NCBI GenBank assembly: GCA_046757525.1
Contig: JBHHYI010000054.1
Location: forward strand, 1-23,622
Direction of reading: 5' to 3'
Length of the DNA stretch: 23,622 nt
From: a bacterium
GTDB lineage: Bacteria > Zhuqueibacterota > Zhuqueibacteria > Oceanimicrobiales > Oceanimicrobiaceae
Shown here one piece after another: positions 8,685-17,227 of the stretch (its first letter is position 1; the number at the start of each line of letters is the position of its first letter). Made by a program: the position numbers and the translations under genes. The notes beneath the pieces were generated by a model. That model did not search any database. It saw nothing but the letters and a program-made list of their open reading frames with translations, and had not been told where the DNA came from.

Positions 8685-10010
8685 TCACAGTTTCGAGTGC
8701 TTCTCGGTTTTGCTATTGTTCTCAGAATCCACCCTGGCCGGAGTCTTACACAGCATGATCCGAATAATGCGATTGCGAAGCACTTTTTCAACAACGAAAG
8801 TAAGACCGTCATATTTTACCACTTCTTTCTCCTCAGGCACATAACTGGTCAGATTCAGAATAAACCCCCCTAAGCTTTCGTACTCCCCTTCGGTGGGCAA
8901 TTCGATATCAAGCAACTCATTTAGCTCCTGAATATCGATCTTGGCATCCACCAGAAAAGTATTTTCGTTGATCTTGCGATAGAGCGGCACCTCCTGGTCG
9001 TACTCATCCTGGATGTCACCGATGATCTCTTCGATGACGTCTTCCAGGGTCACAAGTCCAGCAGTGCCGCCATACTCGTCCACCACAATGGTCATGTGAT
9101 ATTTTTCCTGTTGCATGTCTTTTAGCAGATGGTGCAATTTTTTGCTTTCCGGAATAAAATAGGCGGGTCTGGCGATGCTCCTCAGTTTTAGCGGCTTGTT
9201 TGATTTCCGAGTTAAATGGGCCAAGAGGTCTTTGGCGTGAATAATCCCCAGGATGTTGTCCACACTTTCACTGTAAAGCGGGATCCGTGTGTGCCCTTTG
9301 GTGGCGACCAATTTGGTAATTTCTTGCAGACTGGTATTTTCCTCAACACACACCATATCCGTCCTCGGTACCATGATTTCATGTACCTCAGTCTCTCCTA
9401 ATTCGAAAATCGAATGAATCATTTCCCGTTCGTTTTCATCCAGGTTTCTCTTCTTTTCGTTTTCATTCACCAAAGCGATTATCTGTTGTTGCCTCAGATA
9501 GGCTTCATTTCTCTTTATTTCGTTGGGGAGCAATATGAGCTTGCTGATAGCCCCGATGGGCCTTAAGAACGGCCCCATCAGGGCAGAGAAGACGTATACC
9601 GGCAGGGAAAGGAGTTGAGCGGCCTTCTTAGGGTTCCTGAAGAACAAGAGTCTCAGGCCCAACGCTCTAATCACTGTAAGAGCAGAAAGTATGAGAATAA
9701 AGGCAACGACGAAAAAAAATAGCGAACTTAGTTTTGTAGAACTGACCAGAGATTTGCTCAACAGTAGAGACAAAAAAATGGTAGCGACATGATGAATCCC
9801 CTCCCCGATTTTTAGGGTAAGAAACAGACGCTTTTTCTGGCTCAGCAGCTCTATGGTTCGTTTGGATTGTTTGGAAGCTTTTTTCCGGAGCTGCTTTACG
9901 TCCTTATCCGAAAAGGCAAAAAAGGCCTGTTGTGAACCCGCGATGCTACCAGAAACGATGAAAAGTATTAACAGAACAATGATTTCTAAAATATCAGAAT
10001 CTAAGTCCAA
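8685..10010 (-). CDS. HlyC/CorC (CNNM) family protein: DUF21-like TM region, CBS pair and CorC_HlyC domain (GldE-like)
   Basis: EREMIHSIFEL..V.EIMVPRTDM, GHTRIPLY, DNILGIIHAKDLL, VVDEYGGTAGLVTLEDVIEEIIGDIQDEYD and EYESLGGFI. It lies directly downstream of ybeY. Confidence 0.92.
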   Translation of the reverse strand: MDLDSDILEIIVLLILFIVSGSIAGSQQAFFAFSDKDVKQLRKKASKQSKRTIELLSQKKRLFLTLKIGEGIHHVATIFLSLLLSKSLVSSTKLSSLFFFVVAFILILSALTVIRALGLRLLFFRNPKKAAQLLSLPVYVFSALMGPFLRPIGAISKLILLPNEIKRNEAYLRQQQIIALVNENEKKRNLDENEREMIHSIFELGETEVHEIMVPRTDMVCVEENTSLQEITKLVATKGHTRIPLYSESVDNILGIIHAKDLLAHLTRKSNKPLKLRSIARPAYFIPESKKLHHLLKDMQQEKYHMTIVVDEYGGTAGLVTLEDVIEEIIGDIQDEYDQEVPLYRKINENTFLVDAKIDIQELNELLDIELPTEGEYESLGGFILNLTSYVPEEKEVVKYDGLTFVVEKVLRNRIIRIMLCKTPARVDSENNSKTEKHSKL

Positions 10011-10041
10011 ATTAATCTTATCGAGTTTAACTCTAAAAAAC

Positions 10042-10494
10042 TTAATTGCTCAATATTACTTCCGAGTCCCTCATTTGGAGCATCTCCAAATAGTGGTCCT
10101 CTCGGGCTGTCATCGCTTGCTTTTCCTTCTCGGAATGGTCACCGTAGCCCACAAAATGCAGCATGCCATGTATCACCATGCGCAACAACTCGTCGTTGAA
10201 ACCAACCTGCAATTGCCTTGCCTGTCTTTCCACTTGCGCAGTGCAAACGTAGATTTCACCTTCAAAAATCGCCTCCCTCTGCTCCGATAATGGAAATGCG
10301 ATGACGTCCGTGACGGTGTTCCGGTTCAAGAAACGTTGGTTGAGTTGCGTGATATAGGCCTCATCTACAAAAATGATCGCCAGCTTTGCGGCCCTTTTGG
10401 ATTCTTGCGACCACACCCTTTTTGCCATCCGGGCAATCGCTCGGGGATCGTGAATCTTCCCCTGGCAGTTAAACACCTCAATTTGCAGGCTCAA
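10042..10494 (-). CDS. ybeY: rRNA maturation endoribonuclease YbeY
   Basis: LNQRFL...TDVIAF, GEIYV, EL.RMVIHGMLHFVGY.D and M..RE. Likely start is TTG 10494 after GGGAG, overlapping the upstream stop; the ORF track starts at 10569. Confidence 0.93.
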   Translation of the reverse strand: MSLQIEVFNCQGKIHDPRAIARMAKRVWSQESKRAAKLAIIFVDEAYITQLNQRFLNRNTVTDVIAFPLSEQREAIFEGEIYVCTAQVERQARQLQVGFNDELLRMVIHGMLHFVGYGDHSEKEKQAMTAREDHYLEMLQMRDSEVILSN

Positions 10495-12841
10495 CGGATT
10501 TCTCCCGCACGGGTTTGTCACCTTTCTTGAAGAATCGACTGTTCTGGTCGGGATAAGTGATCCGGCCATGAAATATCCCGGTCAAAATGTTCAGAAAGCT
10601 TTTCTTGACCTCATTCATATCTCTCAAAGTCAAAGGACATTCGTCCAGTTCTGAATCTGCCAGCCGCTCCTGACAAATATTGTTGATCATGCCGCGAATT
10701 CTGCTGACCGTGGGATCCTTGAGCGTACGGGAAGCCGCTTCGACCGCATCGGCTAACATGACAATGCCGGTTTCCTTGGTATCGGGTTTGGGCCCCGGGT
10801 AACGGAAATCCGCTTCATTGATTTCGGTGCCCTGGTTCTCACTCAGAGCTTTTTCGTAAAAAAACCGGATCAGGTTCGTGCCGTGATGCCGCGGAATAAA
10901 ATCGACGATTTCCTGGGGCAGTGAATTTTGTTCGGCGATCTCCAGACCCCGCTTAACATGATTAATCAGAATCAGGCAACTCATGTTTGGGGTCAATTTC
11001 TCATGGGGATTCCTGCCACCCTTCTGGTTTTCCACAAAATATTCCGGCTTCTCCATTTTGCCAATGTCGTGGTAGTAAGCGCCAACCCGGGTCAGCAGTG
11101 CGTTAGCATTGATGGCTTCGGCAGCAGCTTCTGCCAAATTGCCCACCAACAGGCTGTGATGGTAGGTGCCAGGCGCCCGGATGGCCAACTGCCTGAGCAA
11201 TGGTTTGTTTAAATCGGACAATTCTAAAAGGGTAGAATCAGTTGGTATTCTAAAGACATATTCAATGATAATCATCAATCCGTAGGCCAAAATAGGAGAT
11301 AAGAAACCGTTGATGATGCCATCATACCAATAAGGCAGGATGTTCATAAAGGTGGTATGTTTTACAAATTCCACCGTTCCGATTGAAAAAACATAGGCGC
11401 CACAAATGGCTAAGAATCCCTTAAAAATCCACGAGCGTGCTTGTATTTCGCGCACCGAGAAAGTCGATATGGTGCCGACAAAAAGCGACACGATCATCAC
11501 GCCGAAATCATTGCCCTTCAAAGCACCAATGAGAATGCTGAGCGAAACCGTGCCAATAAAAGCGGTGCGCGTATCAAAAAAAATCGTCAGCAGCATGGAG
11601 GCAATTGCGATTGGAATCAGATAGGCCGACAAACTCAACTTGTTGACCAAATAGGTCGTGAAAAGAATCAAAACAAAAACAATGAAAATCAAAGACAGTT
11701 TTTTTACATTGTCAAAGATGTCTCTTCGAGAAGTAAACAAAAATAGAACAGTAAACGACACAGCGAGGACGATGAGCAGGATTCTGGCAACAAAAGGCAA
11801 AATTAGCTTGATGCCGCCATTTTGCTTTTCCCTTTCAGAAATAGCCTGCGAAAGGGATCTCAACTTTTCCAACGCCTCCCCGGAGATGCGTTCATGGGTA
11901 TCGATGATTCTTTCTTTCGCCAGCACCGTTCCTTTAGCCAGTGGCACCTTGGATTCCGCCTCTCGAATGCGCTCCTCGGTTTCCACTTGGTCATAGATCA
12001 AATTGGGTTTCAAGAATGCTCCGATGATCTCATACCCAATTTTTACCATATCCTGTTGCTTGGGAAACGTCCTGCGCAATTTGTCCAAGTATTTCAATTC
12101 AACGTTGTCCAAATTGAAGTGATTATCCACATCTTCCAGAATTTCTGTGTCGAAGGAGTTAACGGAGATCTTGGTGACGTAATCAGGAATCTCCTCCCGG
12201 TGGACGTTGAGTATTCCAAAGGAGTACATATCCTTCAATATTCTCTCGATGTTGGTCTTAAAAAACTTGTAGTCAAAGCTCGCCTGCTTCGAATTCACAC
12301 CAGGGAAGTCCTTGTTACGGGCCTTGGACGGCTTCTTTGCTTTGCTGCCTGTGTTACCGCTCAGCAGAATAGGGAGGTTCTTCTGTTCGACAATGATTGC
12401 ATAATCATTGAGAATGCTCTGTAGATTCCTCACTTTAATGGAATCCGATGTACTGGACTCACGCACTTTTTCAATTTGCTTAAAGAACTGATCTAAATCG
12501 CTGAAACATTTTTTTTCTATGCTATCGGAGCGCACGAACACCAGGTTGACCTTCTCAGCGGCATTCTTTTTGTCCTGATTGTATTCCTCTTCACTCTTGT
12601 TCACCAAAAAAGTGAAAGGCGCAATCACTTCATCGCCTACGTAGATTTCTCCTTCTTTCAGATTTGCAAATTGGATGGAGGGCTCATAAGGGAAAATCAG
12701 CGTAGAGATGACGATGATGATGACGCCTAAGAAGGCGTGGGGAGCATATTTCCAGAATTTGCTTTTGGCAAATACTTTCTTCTTCTTGCGAATGATGTGG
12801 TTCAGCTTTTTAATGATTGCAAGATTAACGGACACGTTCAA
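10478..12841 (-). CDS. pgpH: 7TM-HD (HDIG) membrane metal-dependent phosphohydrolase, PgpH/YqfF-like (probable cyclic-di-AMP phosphodiesterase)
   Basis: N-terminal TM, a large extracytoplasmic domain and a 7TM region, followed by APGTYHHS, GAYYHDIGK, YFVENQ..NPH, HHGT, FRYPGPKP and MLADAVEAASR. Canonical phoH-pgpH-ybeY synteny. Confidence 0.9.
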   Translation of the reverse strand: MNVSVNLAIIKKLNHIIRKKKKVFAKSKFWKYAPHAFLGVIIIVISTLIFPYEPSIQFANLKEGEIYVGDEVIAPFTFLVNKSEEEYNQDKKNAAEKVNLVFVRSDSIEKKCFSDLDQFFKQIEKVRESSTSDSIKVRNLQSILNDYAIIVEQKNLPILLSGNTGSKAKKPSKARNKDFPGVNSKQASFDYKFFKTNIERILKDMYSFGILNVHREEIPDYVTKISVNSFDTEILEDVDNHFNLDNVELKYLDKLRRTFPKQQDMVKIGYEIIGAFLKPNLIYDQVETEERIREAESKVPLAKGTVLAKERIIDTHERISGEALEKLRSLSQAISEREKQNGGIKLILPFVARILLIVLAVSFTVLFLFTSRRDIFDNVKKLSLIFIVFVLILFTTYLVNKLSLSAYLIPIAIASMLLTIFFDTRTAFIGTVSLSILIGALKGNDFGVMIVSLFVGTISTFSVREIQARSWIFKGFLAICGAYVFSIGTVEFVKHTTFMNILPYWYDGIINGFLSPILAYGLMIIIEYVFRIPTDSTLLELSDLNKPLLRQLAIRAPGTYHHSLLVGNLAEAAAEAINANALLTRVGAYYHDIGKMEKPEYFVENQKGGRNPHEKLTPNMSCLILINHVKRGLEIAEQNSLPQEIVDFIPRHHGTNLIRFFYEKALSENQGTEINEADFRYPGPKPDTKETGIVMLADAVEAASRTLKDPTVSRIRGMINNICQERLADSELDECPLTLRDMNEVKKSFLNILTGIFHGRITYPDQNSRFFKKGDKPVREKSVEPAN

Positions 12842-12852
12842 TGACCTCCAAA

Positions 12853-13842
12853 CTACTGCTGAGGCTTGTCGTTTTGGCTTTCGTAGCTGTCATACGCTTT
12901 GATGATGTCCCGCACCAGTTTATGCCTCACAACATCGCGTTCGGTCAAGTATACGAACGCGATCCCGTCAATGCCATTCAAGACCATACGCACTTGAACC
13001 AGGCCGGATTGTTTGGGATCCTGCAGATCGATTTGAGTGATGTCGCCAGTGATCATGGCTTTGGAGTTGACGCCAATTCTGGTCAAAAACATCTTCATTT
13101 GATTAAAAGACGTATTCTGCGCCTCGTCCAGAATAACAAACGCGTTATTCAGAGTACGTCCCCGCATATAGGCCAGAGGTACAATTTCAATCACCCGAGT
13201 TTCCAAATACCTCTTCAGCTTGTCAACCGGAATCATATCGTAAAGCGCATCGTAAAGCGGCCTGAGGTACGGATCGACCTTTTCCTTGTAGTCGCCCGGC
13301 AAAAATCCCAGAGTTTCCCCGGCTTCCACGGCCGGTCTGGTAAGAACGATGCGATCGATCTCGCGGTCACGCAGGGAGGCCACCGCCAGGGCTACTGCCA
13401 GAAACGTCTTGCCCGTTCCAGCGGGCCCGATCACAAAGTTGATATCGTTTTTCTTAGACGACTCGAACAAGGCGTTCTGGCCGGCACTCTTCGGCCTTAT
13501 GACGCCCTCTTTGGTGTACAGAATTACAGCGCCAGCACCATCAGAATCCCCGGCTTTAGCCACCACCTTATTTTCAACCAGGTCAAAAATGGTTTCTAAC
13601 TCCTGCTCTCGTATGACATGGCCCTTGGTGACCATGACAATGAGTTCATCAAACAACTTTTGCAGCTTCTGTACAACGACCGGGTCGCCTTTCAAAATAA
13701 TTTCATTGCCGCGGGCAACGACCGTAGCGTCAAAACGCTTCTGAATGATTTTCAAGTTTTTGTCGTGTAGGCCAAAAAGTTTAATCTGGTCTACACCCTG
13801 CAATAACACTTTTTTTGTGTTGTTGGCCGTCTTATTATTCAA
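12853..13842 (-). CDS. phoH: PhoH-family ATPase
   Basis: GPAGTGKT, LTRPAVEAGE.LGFLPGD..EKVDPYLRPLYDAL, PLAYMRGRTL, ILDEAQN, GDITQIDL and DVVRH. The start codon is uncertain. Confidence 0.96.
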   Translation of the reverse strand: MNNKTANNTKKVLLQGVDQIKLFGLHDKNLKIIQKRFDATVVARGNEIILKGDPVVVQKLQKLFDELIVMVTKGHVIREQELETIFDLVENKVVAKAGDSDGAGAVILYTKEGVIRPKSAGQNALFESSKKNDINFVIGPAGTGKTFLAVALAVASLRDREIDRIVLTRPAVEAGETLGFLPGDYKEKVDPYLRPLYDALYDMIPVDKLKRYLETRVIEIVPLAYMRGRTLNNAFVILDEAQNTSFNQMKMFLTRIGVNSKAMITGDITQIDLQDPKQSGLVQVRMVLNGIDGIAFVYLTERDVVRHKLVRDIIKAYDSYESQNDKPQQ

Positions 13843-13845
13843 TCT

Positions 13846-13874
13846 AAGATAACAATCTCACATGAAAGATTCAA
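13846..13874 (-). promoter_or_regulatory. Possible sigma70 promoter for the phoH operon
   Basis: On the minus strand, TTGAAT-N17-TATCTT with TG just before the -10, immediately after the terminator. Confidence 0.35.
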
Positions 13875-13882
13875 CGATTAAC

Positions 13883-13934
13883 AAAAAAAGCCCTCGACTC
13901 CCTGGACTAAAAAGTCACTGGAGCCGAGAGCTTT
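13883..13934 (-). terminator. Intrinsic terminator after the LysM gene
   Basis: Minus-strand AAAGCTCTCGGCTCC / GGAGTCGAGGGCTTT forms a 15-bp stem with 2 G-U pairs and an inner GACT-TTTT-AGTC stem, ending in a T7 run. Confidence 0.85.
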
Positions 13935-13960
13935 AAGATCTTATTACACGAACGATTAAA

Positions 13961-14815
13961 TCATTGCTGGGGAACCACCAACACCTGATAAGGATAAATC
14001 ATGCCTGGATCCTCGCCGACGGTGTTCTTATTGGCTTCATACAATTCCTTCCATTTAGTGGGGTCGCCTAAGATATCCATACTGCCTGCGATCTTTGCCA
14101 AATTATCCCCCCTGCTGACCAAGTACTCATTGGGTCCCACTTCTCTCTGAATTTTAAAGATTTGTTCAGGATAAATCAGATCGGGGTCTTTGATTTGATC
14201 TCGATTGTAGGAATAGATTCGCACCCATTGGAATGGATCGTTATAAATGTCGGGTTTCTTGGAGATTCTCCACAGATAGTCGCCCCGGACCACCGTGTAT
14301 TCGTCATAAATACTCTTAGGCATCTTTGACCTGAGTTGGGCAATTTTGCCTTCGAGGCCCGCAATTTTATTTTGCATTTCAGTCAAAGATGAAATGCGAC
14401 TCTTTTTTAGTTCGTTCAGTTGCTCTTCGATAGAGTCGATTTCTTTGCGTTTTTTGAACAACTCTTCCGGCGACAATGCAGCTAAGGCATTTATCTCACC
14501 GTCTAAATCGTCAAGCTGCTGCCGATACGCATTGACGCCGGCCTCATCGGTACCAATGACGTTGTAGATATCCGACCACACATCATGGGTTTGAGACTCT
14601 GTATCGGAGATCTGGGACTTCAGAGATTCCATGTCGGCATCCAACTTAGCGATTTCGGCCTTTGCATCACTCTCACGTTTTTGCCATTCTTGCAATTGCG
14701 CGTTGTATTCATCCATAGACATCTTTTCTTGCGAATACACCAGGGTCGGCCCAACGCTCAAAACAAATAGGATCAAAACGGAGAATACAAAGAGAGTTTT
14801 AGAAACTCTTTTCAT
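13961..14815 (-). CDS. Exported protein with an N-terminal coiled coil and two C-terminal LysM peptidoglycan-binding domains
   Basis: ATG 14815 follows AAGGAGG. Signal peptide, about 130 aa of heptad-rich helix, then YTVVRGDYLWRIS...W..IY..NRDQIKDPDLIYPEQ and YLVSRGDNLAKIA...W..LYEAN...PGMIYPYQVL. The ORF track starts at 14914. Confidence 0.9.
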   Translation of the reverse strand: MKRVSKTLFVFSVLILFVLSVGPTLVYSQEKMSMDEYNAQLQEWQKRESDAKAEIAKLDADMESLKSQISDTESQTHDVWSDIYNVIGTDEAGVNAYRQQLDDLDGEINALAALSPEELFKKRKEIDSIEEQLNELKKSRISSLTEMQNKIAGLEGKIAQLRSKMPKSIYDEYTVVRGDYLWRISKKPDIYNDPFQWVRIYSYNRDQIKDPDLIYPEQIFKIQREVGPNEYLVSRGDNLAKIAGSMDILGDPTKWKELYEANKNTVGEDPGMIYPYQVLVVPQQ

Positions 14816-14855
14816 GTTCACCCTCCTTATTTCGAATTCCTGAGGAAATATTTTC

Positions 14856-15125
14856 TTACTGTCCGAGTCTTTTTTTGACTGTTTCAAGCTCATTCTGAGC
14901 CTCTTGCAAGTCATTTTTTTTCTTATTTAATTCACTTTCAAGTCGGCTTTTTTCCCGTCGCCTCTCCTCTAAGGTCTTTTCAGCCGAAAGAGCAGCATTT
15001 TTCTGCTGTTCCAAAGCTTGTAATTGTTCGGCACTTGGATGTTTTGCACACCCCACTAAGGAGAAAGAAGAAAAAACAAATGTCACACACACGGCAAACA
15101 GAAACACTTTCGAAATGACTTTCAT
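14856..15125 (-). CDS. Small coiled-coil lipoprotein
   Basis: ATG 15125 follows AAGGAGGTGA. Hydrophobic signal with lipobox LVGC; the 64-aa mature chain is almost entirely heptad-pattern helix. The ORF track starts at GTG 15137. Confidence 0.85.
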   Translation of the reverse strand: MKVISKVFLFAVCVTFVFSSFSLVGCAKHPSAEQLQALEQQKNAALSAEKTLEERRREKSRLESELNKKKNDLQEAQNELETVKKRLGQ

Positions 15126-15227
15126 CGATCCCGTCACCTCCTTCCGTAGAATTGGTTTAACTCGTTAATTTCTAACTTAGTGACTTGAATGCCTTGGTTT
15201 TACAACTTGCTTAAAATTACCTCAGCC

Positions 15228-15256
15228 ATAATAACAAAAAAAATGTTAATTGTCAA
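15228..15256 (-). promoter_or_regulatory. Near-consensus sigma70 promoter of the lipoprotein-LysM unit
   Basis: On the minus strand, TTGACA (15256-15251), 17 nt, TATTAT (15233-15228), with an extended -10 TG and an AT-rich upstream tract. Confidence 0.8.
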
Positions 15257-15268
15257 GAAAAAAATAAT

Positions 15269-17041
15269 TTACACCGTTTTCAAATTTAATTCCTGAAGTT
15301 GCTCTTCGGTGACCTCTGAAGGCGCACCATCCATCAGGGAAAGGGCACTATTGGTCTTTGGAAAGGCAATGACTTCTCTCAGCGATTTCTTGTTGGCCAG
15401 GATCATGACCAGGCGATCAAATCCGAAGGCAATGCCTCCGTGTGGTGGCGCCCCAAATTCGAATGCGTTCAACAAGAAACCGAACTTGTCCTCAGCTTCG
15501 GCTTTAGACAGACCGAGCAACCGAAATATCTTGTCTTGCAACTCTCGAGTATGAATCCTGATGCTACCGCCGGCAATTTCGTAACCGTTCAAGACCAAGT
15601 CGTAGGCTTTCGCCCTCGCCCTTTGCGGTTCCTGCTCGAGCAATTGGAGGTCTTCATCTAAAGGGGAAGTAAAGGGATGATGCCTGGCCACGTACCGGTT
15701 TTCCTCCCGGTCGAATTCCAGCAGAGGGAAATCGACAATCCAAACGTGCTTGTAGATTCCCTGCGGTATGAGCTTCTCTTCTTCTGCCAGTTTCTGGCGC
15801 AAGGTGCCCGCGAGAGTTAAGGCCTTGTTCCTTTCGTCGGCAATGAGCAACAGCAGGTCTCCGGGTTTTGCGTCGAAAGCCGTATTGATTTGCTGAATGG
15901 CCGCCGGAGTGAAGAACTTTGTCAGGGACGATTCCCAGCCATCCTCAGAAACTTTAATGGCAATCAGACCTTTGGCCCCGAGTTCCAGCATGGAATGCGT
16001 CAAGGTGTCGATTCGTTTCCTGCTCAGGCCCGCACCGTTTTTGAGTAGCACGCCGCACACGATGCCACCGGCTTTCACGGTTTCCGTAAAAACTTTGAAT
16101 TCGCATTCCTTCACGCAATCGGTGATCTCGGTGATTTCCAGGTCAAATCGCAGGTCGGGTTTGTCGCTGCCAAACCTGGCCATGGCTTCGGCGTAAGTGA
16201 GACGGGGGAACGGCGTGTCAATGTCCAGGTTTAGGACTTTTTTGAATATTTGCACCATGAGTTCTTCGTTCAACTGCAACACGTCGTTTAGCTCGACAAA
16301 GGACATTTCCACGTCGATCTGAGTAAACTCTGGCTGTCGATCCGCGCGCAGGTCTTCATCGCGAAAACAGCGCACGATCTGATAGTAACGATCCAGGCCA
16401 GCGATCATGAGCACTTGTTTGTAGGTTTGGGGACTTTGCGGCAGGGCATAGAATTTGCCCTTGTGGATACGGCTTGGTACCAGGTAGTCCCGCGCCCCTT
16501 CCGGCGTACTGCGCATCAAATACGGCGTCTCCACTTCGATGAAATTGTGGGCGTCAAAAAAAGAGCGCACCGCCTGATAGGTTTTGTGGCGAATAATCAA
16601 AGATTTCTGCATTTGAGGACTTCTTAGATCGAGATAGCGGTATTTCAGTCGCAGTTCTTCTGAAACTTCCACATTCTCGGCCACGCCAATGGGAGGCGTC
16701 TTCGCGGGGTTGAGTATCTTGAGTTCTCGAACCGAAACCTCGATTTCCCCGGTGGACAGATTGGGATTGATCATTCCCTCCGGTCTAAGCTGGACCTGCC
16801 CCTTAACGGCAACGACGTACTCGCCGCGGAGCTCCTTAGCCCGCACGTAGGTATCGTTGGCATGTTGCGGGTCAAAAACGATCTGGGTTATCCCGTAACG
16901 ATCCCTCAGGTCGACGAAAATCAAGCCGCCGTGATCCCGCCTTCGATGCACCCAACCCATTAAGATGACTTCTTTGCCGGAGTCTTGCCGACCCAGGTCG
17001 CCACAAGTAGCAGTTCTCTTCCAACCCTCCAAACCGTCCAC
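15269..17041 (-). CDS. aspS: Aspartate--tRNA ligase, likely the non-discriminating Asp/Asn type
   Basis: GWVHRRRDHGGLIFVDLRD, RLKYRYLDLR, STPEGARDYLVPSR, ALPQSPQ, CFRDEDLRADRQPEFTQ, GGSIRIH and PPHGGIAFGFDR. GTG 17041 follows AAGGAGG. RRDHG rather than RRDLG suggests the non-discriminating type. Confidence 0.97.
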   Translation of the reverse strand: MDGLEGWKRTATCGDLGRQDSGKEVILMGWVHRRRDHGGLIFVDLRDRYGITQIVFDPQHANDTYVRAKELRGEYVVAVKGQVQLRPEGMINPNLSTGEIEVSVRELKILNPAKTPPIGVAENVEVSEELRLKYRYLDLRSPQMQKSLIIRHKTYQAVRSFFDAHNFIEVETPYLMRSTPEGARDYLVPSRIHKGKFYALPQSPQTYKQVLMIAGLDRYYQIVRCFRDEDLRADRQPEFTQIDVEMSFVELNDVLQLNEELMVQIFKKVLNLDIDTPFPRLTYAEAMARFGSDKPDLRFDLEITEITDCVKECEFKVFTETVKAGGIVCGVLLKNGAGLSRKRIDTLTHSMLELGAKGLIAIKVSEDGWESSLTKFFTPAAIQQINTAFDAKPGDLLLLIADERNKALTLAGTLRQKLAEEEKLIPQGIYKHVWIVDFPLLEFDREENRYVARHHPFTSPLDEDLQLLEQEPQRARAKAYDLVLNGYEIAGGSIRIHTRELQDKIFRLLGLSKAEAEDKFGFLLNAFEFGAPPHGGIAFGFDRLVMILANKKSLREVIAFPKTNSALSLMDGAPSEVTEEQLQELNLKTV

Positions 17042-17074
17042 TTCTAAAACCTCCTTCGAAAAGAATTGAAACAC

Positions 17075-17111
17075 AAAAAAACCGCCTTAGACTTTGGAAG
17101 GTCTGGCGGTT
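17075..17111 (-). terminator. Intrinsic terminator between the motor cluster and aspS
   Basis: Minus-strand AACCGCC-AGAC-loop-GTCT-aa-GGCGGTT, running into a T7 tract. Confidence 0.75.
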
Positions 17112-17227
17112 AAGTATCTTAGAAATTCAAATGATGGGAGCTTATTAACCGTTTCCTCGAGACGCGACCGAAAACCCTAACTGTCCATGCCAAAAATCGC
17201 GTTTCCGGCTCTGTCTGTCGCCTATGT

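Noticed and set aside
8685..10010. Reading the GldE-like gene as evidence of Bacteroidota Gld gliding
   Set aside because: CorC/HlyC proteins are widespread, this one sits in its usual place beside ybeY, and no gld/spr/T9SS genes are visible.
10130..10175. YbeY metal motif reads HGMLHFVGYGD instead of H-x3-H-x5-H
   Set aside because: As I recall, Asp at the third ligand position is common in Bacteroidota/FCB YbeY proteins, so it is a lineage trait rather than inactivation.
11822..12424. 200-aa + strand ORF, and the other short overlapping ORFs in the track
   Set aside because: They lie within well-supported genes on the other strand or frame and have no independent evidence.
12841..13599. 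252-aa + strand ORF
   Set aside because: Antisense shadow of the conserved phoH, with no recognisable motif or SD.
17075..17227. T-box riboswitch upstream of aspS
   Set aside because: No UGGNACC T-box motif or recognisable stem I; kept only as a weak generic attenuator hypothesis.
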